DNA of 64,000 nucleotides from Vicugna vicugna (Eukaryota). The translations under genes were made by a program, and so were the position numbers. The stretch lies in assembly GCA_013265495.1 (NCBI GenBank), contig MU058636.1, positions 3,893,967 to 3,957,966 of the forward strand, given 5' to 3'. This document shows, piece by piece, positions 53,901 to 64,000 of this stretch (position 1 is the first letter of the stretch; each line of letters begins with the position of its first letter). The notes below the pieces were generated by a model. It had not been told where the DNA came from and did no database searches. It worked only from the letters and a program-made list of their open reading frames with translations.

Positions 53901-56329
53901 GGGACAGAGGCAGCCGGCTGGCCAGGGCTGGGTAAGAAGCGCGTCCCTACCGCCACACCAACAACCCAGCACACTCCTCTGGGTGCCTCTGCCTGGGACG
54001 CCTTTCCTCCTTTTCTCAGCCCAGAAACTCGCTATTCCCCTGATCAGACTCTGCACAAAAGCCACGTCCACTTTTCTGACCAATTCCCGTGGCCCCGATT
54101 TGATTTTTCCCTCGGTATGTTCCAAAGCGTTTCCACCTGTGCTGGAGCATAACGTCACGGCAGTGGCATTCCTTCTGAACGTTTTCACCTCCCCAAAGGG
54201 GCTGTGCGCTCTTGCGCCTGGTGCCTCGTTTCATGCTCCTTTGTGTCCCCCCCAGAGCCCGGTCACGGGCAGGCCAGCTCGAAGGTGTTCACCATCAGCT
54301 GAATGAATGAATACTGTCCAGCTTTTTGGGCCTGAAGTATACTTATTATGAGATCCAAAACCCATCTGTTTGGAGCTTATTAGATTATTTGGCTAGCCAT
54401 GGCTTTATGTGTAGCTTTTTATGTTCTCCTTTAGTATTTAGAAAATTCTTTTAAAAATTACCAGTCAGTTTTAATTATGGTGCAATAGGCCCCTCAAAAG
54501 ACATGACTCCTTGCTGAACCCCTGCACAGGGGAATGGCATACTTTTGGGGGCCAGGTTGGGGGGTGGCACCCGGAATTCAGGTGAGTGAGCCCCAGGAAG
54601 ATAAAGCTGTGACCTGCTCTTCCTTCGTATCACAGTCTCAGAGGACAAGAGATTAATTCGTTTCTGTTGGAAGGTGTCCCCTTACAGTTGGTGTTCCAGG
54701 TGGCAAAGAGGCGCAGGGGGGAAGGAGTGTGTCACCAAGAGCATCTGTATCCTCACGGGCATGTTTTGTTTCAGGAACTCTCAACCTGTGATTGGGAGGG
54801 AGCACCGCCAGCAAGTGCATTTATCATGCAACTGGAGTGAGAGGTAATCCTTTAGAAACCGTGAGGTATGGAGCTCTGTGACCGTTTATCTGCACCTGCC
54901 GTGGGAGGGAGGACGCCGGGCCAGGCTTGTGGCTAGGAGTGTGTGCTCTGCTGTGTGCAGGGCTCCGTTTCCCACACCTCTGCTCTGCATGCTGAATTCT
55001 GATGAAAACATTGATTAAGCACCTAGAGTTGCTTGTTAGCAAACATGGAGTAGCTATCTGAACACATACCTGGTAGGCAAGCTGCTTAATTACCAGGCTT
55101 CTGTGTCTGTTTTAAACAAGTCTTGGTTTAATGTTTAATATAGGTGGGGAGTTATTTTCTTGGAAGAAAGCTAAACAGCTTTGGAAATTGGAAAACTTCT
55201 AGAATTCGACACCAGGCAGGTAGGTTTTAAGGAAGGACAGAAGGGATCAATGCAGTCAACCACAAATTCGAAAAGCTTCGCTGAAAAAAAAAAGGGGAGG
55301 ATTCTGACACTTCTTCTTCCTCCCAGAAAAATGCTGTTGACATGTAGCCATAAGCCTTGGCTGAATGGAACAAAATGGCCCTATGTGCATTCACGGGAAA
55401 TGGATAACACGCAAAATAATCAGTTTCAGGTTTCAAGAAGTCAATATAAATCAGAGAGAGAAAACCCATTGTCTCTAGACTTCCTTTTAAAAACTTGCAG
55501 CCGCTGTTGCAAGGACATACTGCCCGGCGCTGTGAGGGTAATCCTCTCAGCGAGCGTTCATGTTTATTAGGCTCAAGACAGCAAACGTTTAGCCTGCACC
55601 GGCCTCTCTCCCCCACGTCCTACTGGTATCCGTAGGGCCTGGCATTGGTCTTCATTTAATGTTTGGCAAATGGGTGAACACTGGATGTCCATGTGGAAGA
55701 TACTGGTGTTCACAAGGCACCTAATGTGCATCCAGAAATATGGTGAAGTGCAGTGAAAACATGGATGAGACTTCAGGAGGTCACGGTCTACACTCAGGTA
55801 AGCATGAGCACTTGGTCCTGTCTTCTCCCCGGGAGACAGAAATGAGTCGAGGCTCGGGGGAGGCTCGGGGGCGTTCAGGACCCTGGGAGGGGTTTGCAGC
55901 TCTTCCTTCTCTTCAGTGTACCATCTTCCCCGCTCGGGAGGGACAGTCACATGCGGACAAGAGGGACTATCCGAAGGAGGATTCCGCAGTCCCTCCACTT
56001 TTCGGCATTCCGATTCAATTAATTTTTATCAGACTTTTGGATAAAAGTACCCCCTCTGTGTTCCATTATGGTGAACACTTAAAATTACATTTATACAAAA
56101 TTACATTTACACAAACTTCTATTAAAAGCCAAATTCCAGGCCTAAGCCATTGGCCAAATTCCATTTAAAAAGAGAATATTAAGTAAATTAGTTGAGCTGA
56201 TTAAAAACACCTTCATCAAAGTAGAATACTGGTGCCAACAATATTAAGAGTTGAATTATTGATTTTTTTTATAGCAGATGGTATACCAGCAGGGAAGAAA
56301 AGTGATTCTCCCTCCTTTCCTCTGCCGCC

Positions 56330-57610
56330 CATCACGCTGCCCCCACCCCTTCACTTCGGGGGTAAGAAGGGGCACCACTGACCTACCGCTGGCGATCCGG
56401 GGAGGGGAGGTGACGGAGTAAGGAGGACGCGAGAAGAGAGGATGGGGCCTAGGTGAGGGAGAGGAAGAAAGGGAGGAGTGGAGACGAGTGGCCGCAGGGA
56501 GCAGAGGTCAGACGCCTGGAAGGCGGGCGCTGTCCCAGCGTTGGAGCGGCCACCTCTACCCTCACCCTGGCGGCGACCCCAGCCCCAACCGCCAACCAAG
56601 CGTGTGCGGGAAGCGCGCACAAGAGCGCTCCCGCTACCGGCCGCCAGAGGGCGCGTCGGGAGCCGACGCGGTGGAGCCGGAGGAGGGAGGAGGGGAGCCG
56701 GCGGAGAAGGGTCAGCCGCGGCGGCTGGGGCGGCGGCGGCAGCGGCGCAGCTCCGCTCCCCGCGCGTCTCCCGTCCCCGCGCCCGGACAGGGAGCACAGC
56801 TCCGCCGCCGGGATGCGGCCACCCGCCCGCCGGGGCCGCCGCCTGGCGCTCCCGGCACTGCTCTCGCTGCTCACCTGCTCCCTGGGTAAGTAGCGGGCAG
56901 CCCGGGTGCGCACGGGAGAGGCGTGGGCTCCCCGGGCGCAGCCGCCCGCGCCCCGCGTCCGCGCGCCGAGGGAGGCGCCGGGCGGCCCAGCCCTGCCCCG
57001 CAGGCGCCCGCGCCCCGCCGTCCGGTCCCCGCTGCGCCGGCAGCAGCGCCCTCTCGCGGCGCCAGGACGGGACCCCCCCCCCGCTCCCCCGAACCTGGGA
57101 CCCCGGGGCGCACCTCCATGGCCCCTTTCGGCGCGCGGAGTCCCGTCGCCGCCCCGGCCCGCCTCGCATCTTCCCGCCTCCTTCCGCCAGGAGCGGGCGG
57201 GCGGCCGGCCGGGCCGCGAGGGCGCGGCGCCCACCCCCACAGGAAGCGCGGAGTGAATGTGCAACTGCGAGAAACTTTGAACGGAGGGAAGCGGCGGCCG
57301 CGGGCCCGCCCCCCAGCCCTTCCGCCCGCGCCCCGCGCGCCCCGCGCTGGCGCAGAGGCTGGAGGCGGGCGGGCTCCGCGGCCCGGGCCCCCGCCCCGCC
57401 CCTCCCGCCCGGCCCGCGCGCCCCTCCGGGGCTCCCTGCGGGGTCTGACGGTCCTGCCCGGGCTCCCAAGGCTGAGATGCCCACTGGGCACCAGCCCCTT
57501 CCACCGATTCCTGGACCAGGAAGTGGGGACCGGGTGCCCGGCTGGGCCTCCGTGTGTCGGTCGTGGCGTGGGGCAGGCAGCGGGGAAGCCTTCCCGAATC
57601 TTGCGTCTTC
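56330..57610. promoter_or_regulatory. B3GLCT: B3GLCT CpG island / promoter
   Basis: Very GC/CpG-rich with several GC boxes and GGC repeats in the 5'UTR; CTCF-like GGCCGCCAGAGGGCGC at 56639-56654. Confidence 0.88.
56813..56885 (+). CDS. B3GLCT: B3GLCT (beta-1,3-glucosyltransferase) coding exon 1, signal peptide (73 nt, phase 1)
   Basis: gggATGCGG...TCCCTGG|gtaagt; MRPPARRGRRLALPALLSLLTCSL resembles the B3GLCT N-terminus (MRPPA...PALLALLTCSL). It lies in a CpG island divergent from HSPH1, matching the mammalian gene order. Exon 2 not seen in the window. Confidence 0.9.
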
Positions 57611-59273
57611 ATGGGGGGGAAATCCGAGAACACTCTGCAACAGTGCTTGTCTGCTGCAGCTGTAATGCCCCTTCCCTCCCCCCCATGCGCCTCACAAGAG
57701 CCTGCTTACCCCTTTATCATAAAATAATGTTGTAAAAGTTTAAAAAAAATTGCAGTTGACTTTCATGATTTGTGCAAGTTTGAAAGCTTTGGGGGAAAAT
57801 TATTCCCTTTGCAGTGTTCTCAGGGGTATTGTCTTCTTTCCCAGACTTTTGTGTTTCCAGCCTGTTAAGAGGCAGTTATTTCAGATTTTTAGAAATGGCA
57901 GAATGGTGCAATTTAGGAAAAGACGTAGCGTCATTGCACACTGCTGTTTTGGTAGCCCACCAGAACCTTTCTAGCCGTTTTCATTTGGACTTAAAACTCT
58001 CCGAATAAGGACCTTGTTTGTGTACCCTGGCGTGTCTATAGGTGCTCAGTAAGTGTGGAAAAAGTGAGTGAGACTAATTGGTAAGTGTTCACACGCATGA
58101 TTAAGTAAGTAACAATGTAATTAAAAATGTTTGGGCACCTTGGGCGGAGAAGGCTGTAACTGACGGTGGGGAGCAACTGAACTTGGCCAGAATCTGCTTT
58201 GGTGGAAGAGAGTGCGTTGCTGAGGAGGCAGCCCTGGGGGAAGGGGGGACTGAAGGGGTGGGACGCGGACTAGGTGACTCCTGGCTGCATCAGTTGGCTG
58301 GCTCCCTGGGCGTTTTTGCATGTCACCAAATGGGGTGGGTGGTAGCTGAAATTGGCATTTTATTTATAGCACTGCACTTTACAATGCTGTAGTGGGAACA
58401 CAATGTTTGTATATAACATATTCACTGTACTGGCTCAAGTGCACACTTGTGTTGCTATGTGTATCTGTTTTTCACTGTGCTTACGGGGATATCTGCATTG
58501 TCCAAACTTGATAATACATTAAAGTTCGTTCAGAATGAACTAAGATGCCCTCCGGTTTTTGGAGATGTCTCAGGCTTGTGAAGTTGTCAGGTAGGCACAA
58601 CAAATAAGACATAAAACCTATTAAAAGGTCCCTGTGAGACATTTGGATTTATGAAGTGGTTTTCATGTGTTGGTACAGACAGGTCTTCGAGGTCAGAGGT
58701 AAACCATGAGTTCCTTCTATTGAGATCTGCTTTGATGTTGCAGAAAGGCACCAAGAAATTAAAAGATGTGGTACCCACTCTCTATATCTTCAAATCAGGA
58801 TTTTGGAATCTTTCTGAAATAGAGAATGCGATAGGAGTTCTAAGGCATGTGAACAATCCTGACAGTGTAAAAATACCTTAAATTCCCTTGTAAGGGTGGC
58901 CTGACTGTATATAGCGTCCCACAAACTGTAGTATATTCATTTGAGCTTTTAAAGTCAATAGAACATTTATTTTAAACCCATATGATTATATAAACAAAAT
59001 TCACTGTAACTTCAGTTCTAAAGTCTGAAGCCAGCACTAGAATCAGAAGATTTATTCATGCTTCCAGGTCACCCACTGTGTGGCTCCTCTTTGCTTTCTT
59101 TGAGCCTCAATTTTCTCATATAAAACAGGAGGCATAGACTAGATAAAAATACTAGAACTTCGACATCTCTTACAGTTTTAACTGATTCTATTGTAGCAGA
59201 GTTTGCTGTCTGCTACCCTCAAGCCCCTAGTTCCTTCTTTTCCTGACCGAAAAACCTCTTAGATAATCAGCAG

Positions 59274-59648
59274 TGTTACGGACTGAATTGTGTCCTGCAA
59301 ATGCACGTGTTGAAGCCTTAATCCACAGTATGACTGTTTGGAGATGTGCCTTTAAGGAGGTAATGAAGGTTAAATGAGGTCTTAAGGGTGGGGCCCTAAT
59401 CCAGTAGGACCCGTGTCCTTATCAGAAAAGGAAGAGGTACCAGGAATGCTTGCAAACAAAGAAAAGGCTGTGTGAGGACAGAGAGAAAACGGCCATCTGT
59501 AAGCCAAGGGGAGAGTTCTCAGCAGAAACCAGCCCTGCTGGTACCTTGATTTTGAACTCCTGGCTTCTAGGACTGTGAGAAATACATTTCTGTTGTTTAA
59601 GCCTCACCGTGGCTTCTATTCCGGCAGCCCTAGCAGACTAATAATACA
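59274..59648 (+). mobile_element. MaLR LTR (MLT1A/B-like) nested in an older MLT1 LTR (~59190-60080)
   Basis: tgttacggactgaattgtgtcc...gggccctaatccagtaggac...gcagccctagcagactaataataca. The flanks show older MLT motifs (gccatcttgtgaccacgagg, aacctaattctaatggacaca). Confidence 0.8.
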
Positions 59649-61289
59649 GGGGGTGAGGGGAAGGGTGGTGGGGGGTGGCTGTGTGTCCAGTGAGAAAACA
59701 TTTTTCAGTGGTCCTTGCAAGCAGGTGTAGCCTGTGAGCTATCTGTAGAGATTTTTGGGTGGGTCTCTTGGTGGCTGACCCAGTTGAGATGCAGAACTTC
59801 TGTCATTGTTTCCTCCTCCTCCTCATTGCCTATTGTGTGAATCTGATGGCTGGCGCTTTGGTGGCCATCTTGTGACCACGAGGTGACCTTGAAGACAGAA
59901 GCCAGTGGTACATAGGGTAGAGGGGCAGGGTGCCAGGTGGGTGTAGAGCACCAGGCTAGCCTGGGATGGCCTGTTACCACACTTGTATTGCATGCGATAA
60001 AAACATAAACCTGTCTTTTTAAAGCCTCGGTTGTTAGGGTTTTTAAATTACATGCAACCAAACCTAATTCTAATGGACACATCTGGGAAGAGGCTCATTT
60101 GAACCAATGGTAAAAATAATAATGTTAACATTTATCTTTCTCGTCCCTGTTTCTACTCTGTATGAGTCAGGATTGTGAAGTCTTAGCACCTGCCAAAATT
60201 AGGGATGGTTTTTCATTCCGAGCCAGGTCTTGCTCAGATTCTTTTCATTGCAGTGAGTCAGACATTTTAGGACCCTGAGAGTCACACCTGGCTCCAGGTT
60301 ATCTTGTTGTTGGTTTTTTTTTTAATTTTTATTTTGAAGCCCTCCTTCTGTTTCTTCAGCGGTGCTCAGACATCACCGGCATGGATTTCAGTTGTCTGGA
60401 TGAATTCTCTGCCGTCCAGATAGCCCAGGCCCCCCAGACCGGCATGGCCCCCTCGGCCATGGACTGGGCCCAAGGGAGTTTGCCTGTGGCCCGCAGTCAG
60501 GCTCCGGGGAGGGTGCGGGGAGGGCTGGGGGTGGTGGAAGGCGAGGGAGGAAGGGCATCTGTCCCACATGAGGAGGGGGCGGGGAGGGTGTGTCCCGACC
60601 TTCCCGTCAGCTTTGCTGAGGCGAACCTTGTGGGCCCAGGACCTGCGTCAGTCATCTTACTGAGTCGCTGGGACCACTGAGGGCCAGGTTTCTCGCTTTC
60701 TGCTACAAACACATAAAGCAGGCCTAGTTTGCAGACGTTCTGCGTTCTCCTCCTTGTAGCCGTTACGTGTATCCATCTGGGGTGCTGAGCAGATTGCTGC
60801 TGAAGAACAATATACAGGGGTGTGATTTCCATTTTCGTGAATGTAAAGGAAAAGTTACGGTGCGTGTCTGGGGTTCCTGAGACCCGTGACTGATTGAGAG
60901 TCTCCTTTAGTACCGTGTTTCAGAGGATCTGTTCACTAAGCCACTCCCAAAGACACCGGATGCAGTGTGGGTGTGGACTTGAACTACTAGAAAATGTTAA
61001 CTTAAGAGTAGTATTAAAAGCAAAAACCAGCTCCAAGTTTGTTTCATTTATTCAAAGAGGGTAGAGTAGCTAGTCTACATCCAGCATTGGGATGTTGCAG
61101 GCAGCCAGAACTAGTATGTGTCTACCTTTGTGAAGCTTGCAGGGAAGGTGACATTAAACACTAACTTCACCAGAAATGCTGGCTGCAGCCTGCTCGGTGC
61201 AGTGAGGGGGCTGCGGGGACGTATGTGGCTTTATCCTGGAGTCTGGGGCCTGCGGGGACGTTAACAGCTTTAGCCTGGAGTATGGGGCC

Positions 61290-62240
61290 CGTGGTTCTCA
61301 ACAGTCATCTTGCCCCGCCTGGGAACACCTGTGGATGCCTAGAGACTTGGTGTCTGTCACACAGGATGGTTGGGCAGGGAGCGCTGCTGAGTGTCCTACA
61401 ACGCATAGGACAACCCCCGCCTCCCGAAGAATCAACTATCTGGTCCAAGCTGCCAGTAGTGCGGGGCTGAGGAAACTCAGAGCAGGGACTCAAGGAAGGG
61501 ACATCGGAGCTCAGACCCGAAGGGGAAGCAGAGATCAGGTAAGCGGAGGAAAGAGCTCTGGCTGGAGGAATTCTGTGGAAAAAGGATGGGGCTGGAGGGG
61601 GGGTGGGGGTCATTAGGGGCCCTGCAGACCAGGGTAGGGATTTGGGACTTTGACCTTAGAACAGTCAGAGCTATTGAAGGGCTGTCATAGGGGAGTGACA
61701 TGATTTGACTTGCATTTTAAGAAGCTCACGCTGGTTGTCCCCTAGGACAGGGACGATGGGAGGGGGCCAGTGTGGACATAGGGGACCAGTGAGGAGGCTG
61801 CCAGAGCCAACCCCAGGGGACCTGATTAAGAGTCTCTGAGGTGTGGTGGTGACTGGTCCAGCGGGCTGGGAGGAAAGCTCAAGGATGAGTCTTGGTTTTT
61901 GTTCTGAGCTGTTGGTGAAGAGGTGTTATTTACTGATACAGGCATTGATGGAGAAGGACCAGATTCAACTGCAAGAAAAAATCTTAATTGTAATTAAATA
62001 TATACAACATAAAATGTATCACTTCAGCCATTTTTAAGTGTACAGTTGTGGCATTAAGTACTCAAAGTTTTCTAAAATTTACTTTTAATTTTAGGGGGAG
62101 GTGCAGATGATGAGCTGAGTTTGGACAAGTTGAGTTTGGGGTACATGCAAGATGCTCAGGTGCCCTGTCTGGTGGGGAGTTAGAGCTGTGGGTCTAGAGC
62201 TCAGAGGAGAGGTTGGCTGGAGAGAGATCTGGGGGCAATT
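61290..62240. mobile_element. MER20-like MITE (~61290-61475) followed by L2 with an inserted antisense L1 3' fragment (~61985-62060)
   Basis: gtggttctcaac...acaacgcataggacaaccccc; gagtgacatgatttgacttgcattttaagaagctcacgctgg; catttttaagtgtacagtt. Confidence 0.65.
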
Positions 62241-63689
62241 TGAGTTTGTTGTTGTTGTTGTTTTTTAAGAAGAGATTGACAAAATAAACTTATTTAAGCT
62301 TTTACTCAAAATGTGCTCTGAAATTTGGTAGATGTTGGGGAAATAAACAGTCTTTATCTGTAAAACTCATACAGTGTAGAGCTGCAGGCTAGACACACAC
62401 ACAAAAAAGAGTTAAAGTGTCATCAAATTCGGTTTGGAATGCATCTCAAGCACAGCAATGCCAGTCTCTCCTGGGGATACGACCGACTTTCACTCCTAAA
62501 GGAGTCTTTTATGATCTGCAAAGGTGGTATGTTTTGGTTCACATCATTGCTTCCCACAAGAAGCTCAAGGCTTCTTACACAGCACGCTGAATTTATCTTC
62601 TCCGGACCCTTGAGGGTGGATATGCAGGGGCCTGTTCTTCGTTTATGAGATGAAGGAGGCAAAGGAAGATAAATGGTGAGAAAAGCCCATCCCGTCTGCC
62701 TGAGTCTTGCTTTCTGTCCATCCCAGTGTGCGTCAGACTTCACACACGGAAACACCTCAGGGTCTTAAAGAGGCCCCTTTGTTAAAATGCAGATTCCCGG
62801 GTTCAGGCTCCAGATTTTTCTGATTCAAGAGGTGGGTGATGAGGCCTGTGGATTTGCATTTTTAAAAAGGCGCCACATGAGTTGTATGTGCCGGCAGGTG
62901 CAGAGCCCTGCGTGGGCTGCCCTTGCCTGGGGTCAGCGGGGCCGATGACTGACGATTCCCTGCTCATCTGTAGAAGGTAAAGATGATTGCCGGTTGCTTG
63001 GTCTTTAAATTGAGTAAGGCGCTGTTTTCGGGAGAGCAAAGTGTGGAATGGAGGCCTGACACTCAGCAATCAGGTGTTTTGTCTCCTTTGGGAAGGAACC
63101 AGAAACCCCAGAATTCAGACTGAGAAGTCTCTTTCTGATTCCAGCATCGTTTAGCAGATTTACAAATGCTACTGGAGGGACAGCATGAGTCTCAAAAGCT
63201 AAAGCAGTGGGTTGTTAGAGCAAAGATTTTTGGACAATAGACAAGTAAGCTCTTGAAGGCATTGGCACATCTCAGACTGTGGGCACCATGGATTCAGTGG
63301 CACTGACAGGGGTGCTTTTTAGGACCCACTCTGTCTTACAAAATTAAGTTACCCAAGAGTCAAGCAGAAGTGTGCTCTTACAGATTAGCCAGACAGCTAG
63401 CTGCTGAATATGCGTTAGCAACGTAAAGGCCTTGTGTGGAGCGCAGCTTTCCTGGTGTCTGAGTGAGTGCCTCTCGGAGCTCCTCAGCGTGCTGGGGAGT
63501 AGGCTGTGCGGCCAGGACTCCTCTGCCCCTTACCCACGGCTCAGCCTCTGGAACATGTGCATTTCTCTCAAAACTCTGAGTTGGAATTTTCTAGTTTTCA
63601 GACCCTGACTGACATGGGTTTTCATATCTTCTGTTTAAATGAGATATGAATCAAAGAAGCAAAAGATCTTTTCCTTCCTAAAATATATG

Positions 63690-64000
63690 GTCCGTGCCCA
63701 GGTCACCCCCCTCCAGGTGTCCATGCCTAGATCACAGACCCCAGGTGTCCCTGCCCAGGTCACACCCCCCAGGTGTCCCTGCTCTGGGCACACCCCCAGG
63801 TGTCCCTGCTCAGGTCACACCCCCCAGGTGTCCCTGCCCAGGTCACACCCCCCAGGTGTCCCTGCTCTGGGCACACCCCCAGGTGTCCCTGCTCAGGTCA
63901 CACCCCCAGGTGTCCCTGCCCAGGTCACACCCCCCAGGTGTCCGTGCCCAGGTCACACCCCCAGGTGTCCCTGCTCCGGGCACACCCCCAGGTGTCCCTG
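63690..64000. repeat. 27-28 bp minisatellite in B3GLCT intron 1 (runs off the window end)
   Basis: At least 11 copies of caggtgtccctgc(c/t)c(a/t)gg(t/g)cacacccc(c). Confidence 0.95.

Noticed and set aside
56351..57735. Long overlapping ORFs (429, 394, 395, 270, 206 aa) on both strands
   Set aside because: Stop-codon depletion in an extremely GC-rich CpG island; low-complexity R/G/P/A translations in several frames. Only the 73-nt B3GLCT exon has a credible start, signal peptide and donor.
63690..64000. CRISPR-like array
   Set aside because: Eukaryotic DNA; units are contiguous with no unique spacers, so it is a minisatellite.

Overview
Mammalian genomic DNA, very probably a camelid given its Vic-1-type tRNA-derived SINEs. 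The window holds the complete HSPH1 gene (HSP105/HSP110) on the minus strand: 18 coding exons with GT-AG junctions, ATG at 37178, TAG at 14928-14930, 2580 nt = 859 aa + stop. Its CpG-island promoter carries two heat-shock elements. About 19.6 kb upstream and divergent is the CpG island and first coding exon of B3GLCT (ATG 56813, donor after 56885); the rest of the window is B3GLCT intron 1, ending in a 27-28 bp minisatellite. A probable terminal coding exon at ~4244-4424 (+) may belong to WDR95, judged from synteny. The remainder is ordinary interspersed repeat (MaLR/MLT LTRs, ERV1 solo LTRs, L1, L2, MIR, MER5A/MER20, a Tigger fragment); repeat names are by eye and their edges approximate. I found no convincing new biological system. 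Worth a second look: the short (T11) orthologue of the human HSP110 T17 tract, a frameshifted alternative upstream first exon overlapping an HSE, the candidate WDR95 exon, a probable 114-bp assembly artefact, a truncated SINE junction and an old ~1.95-kb-spaced duplication.
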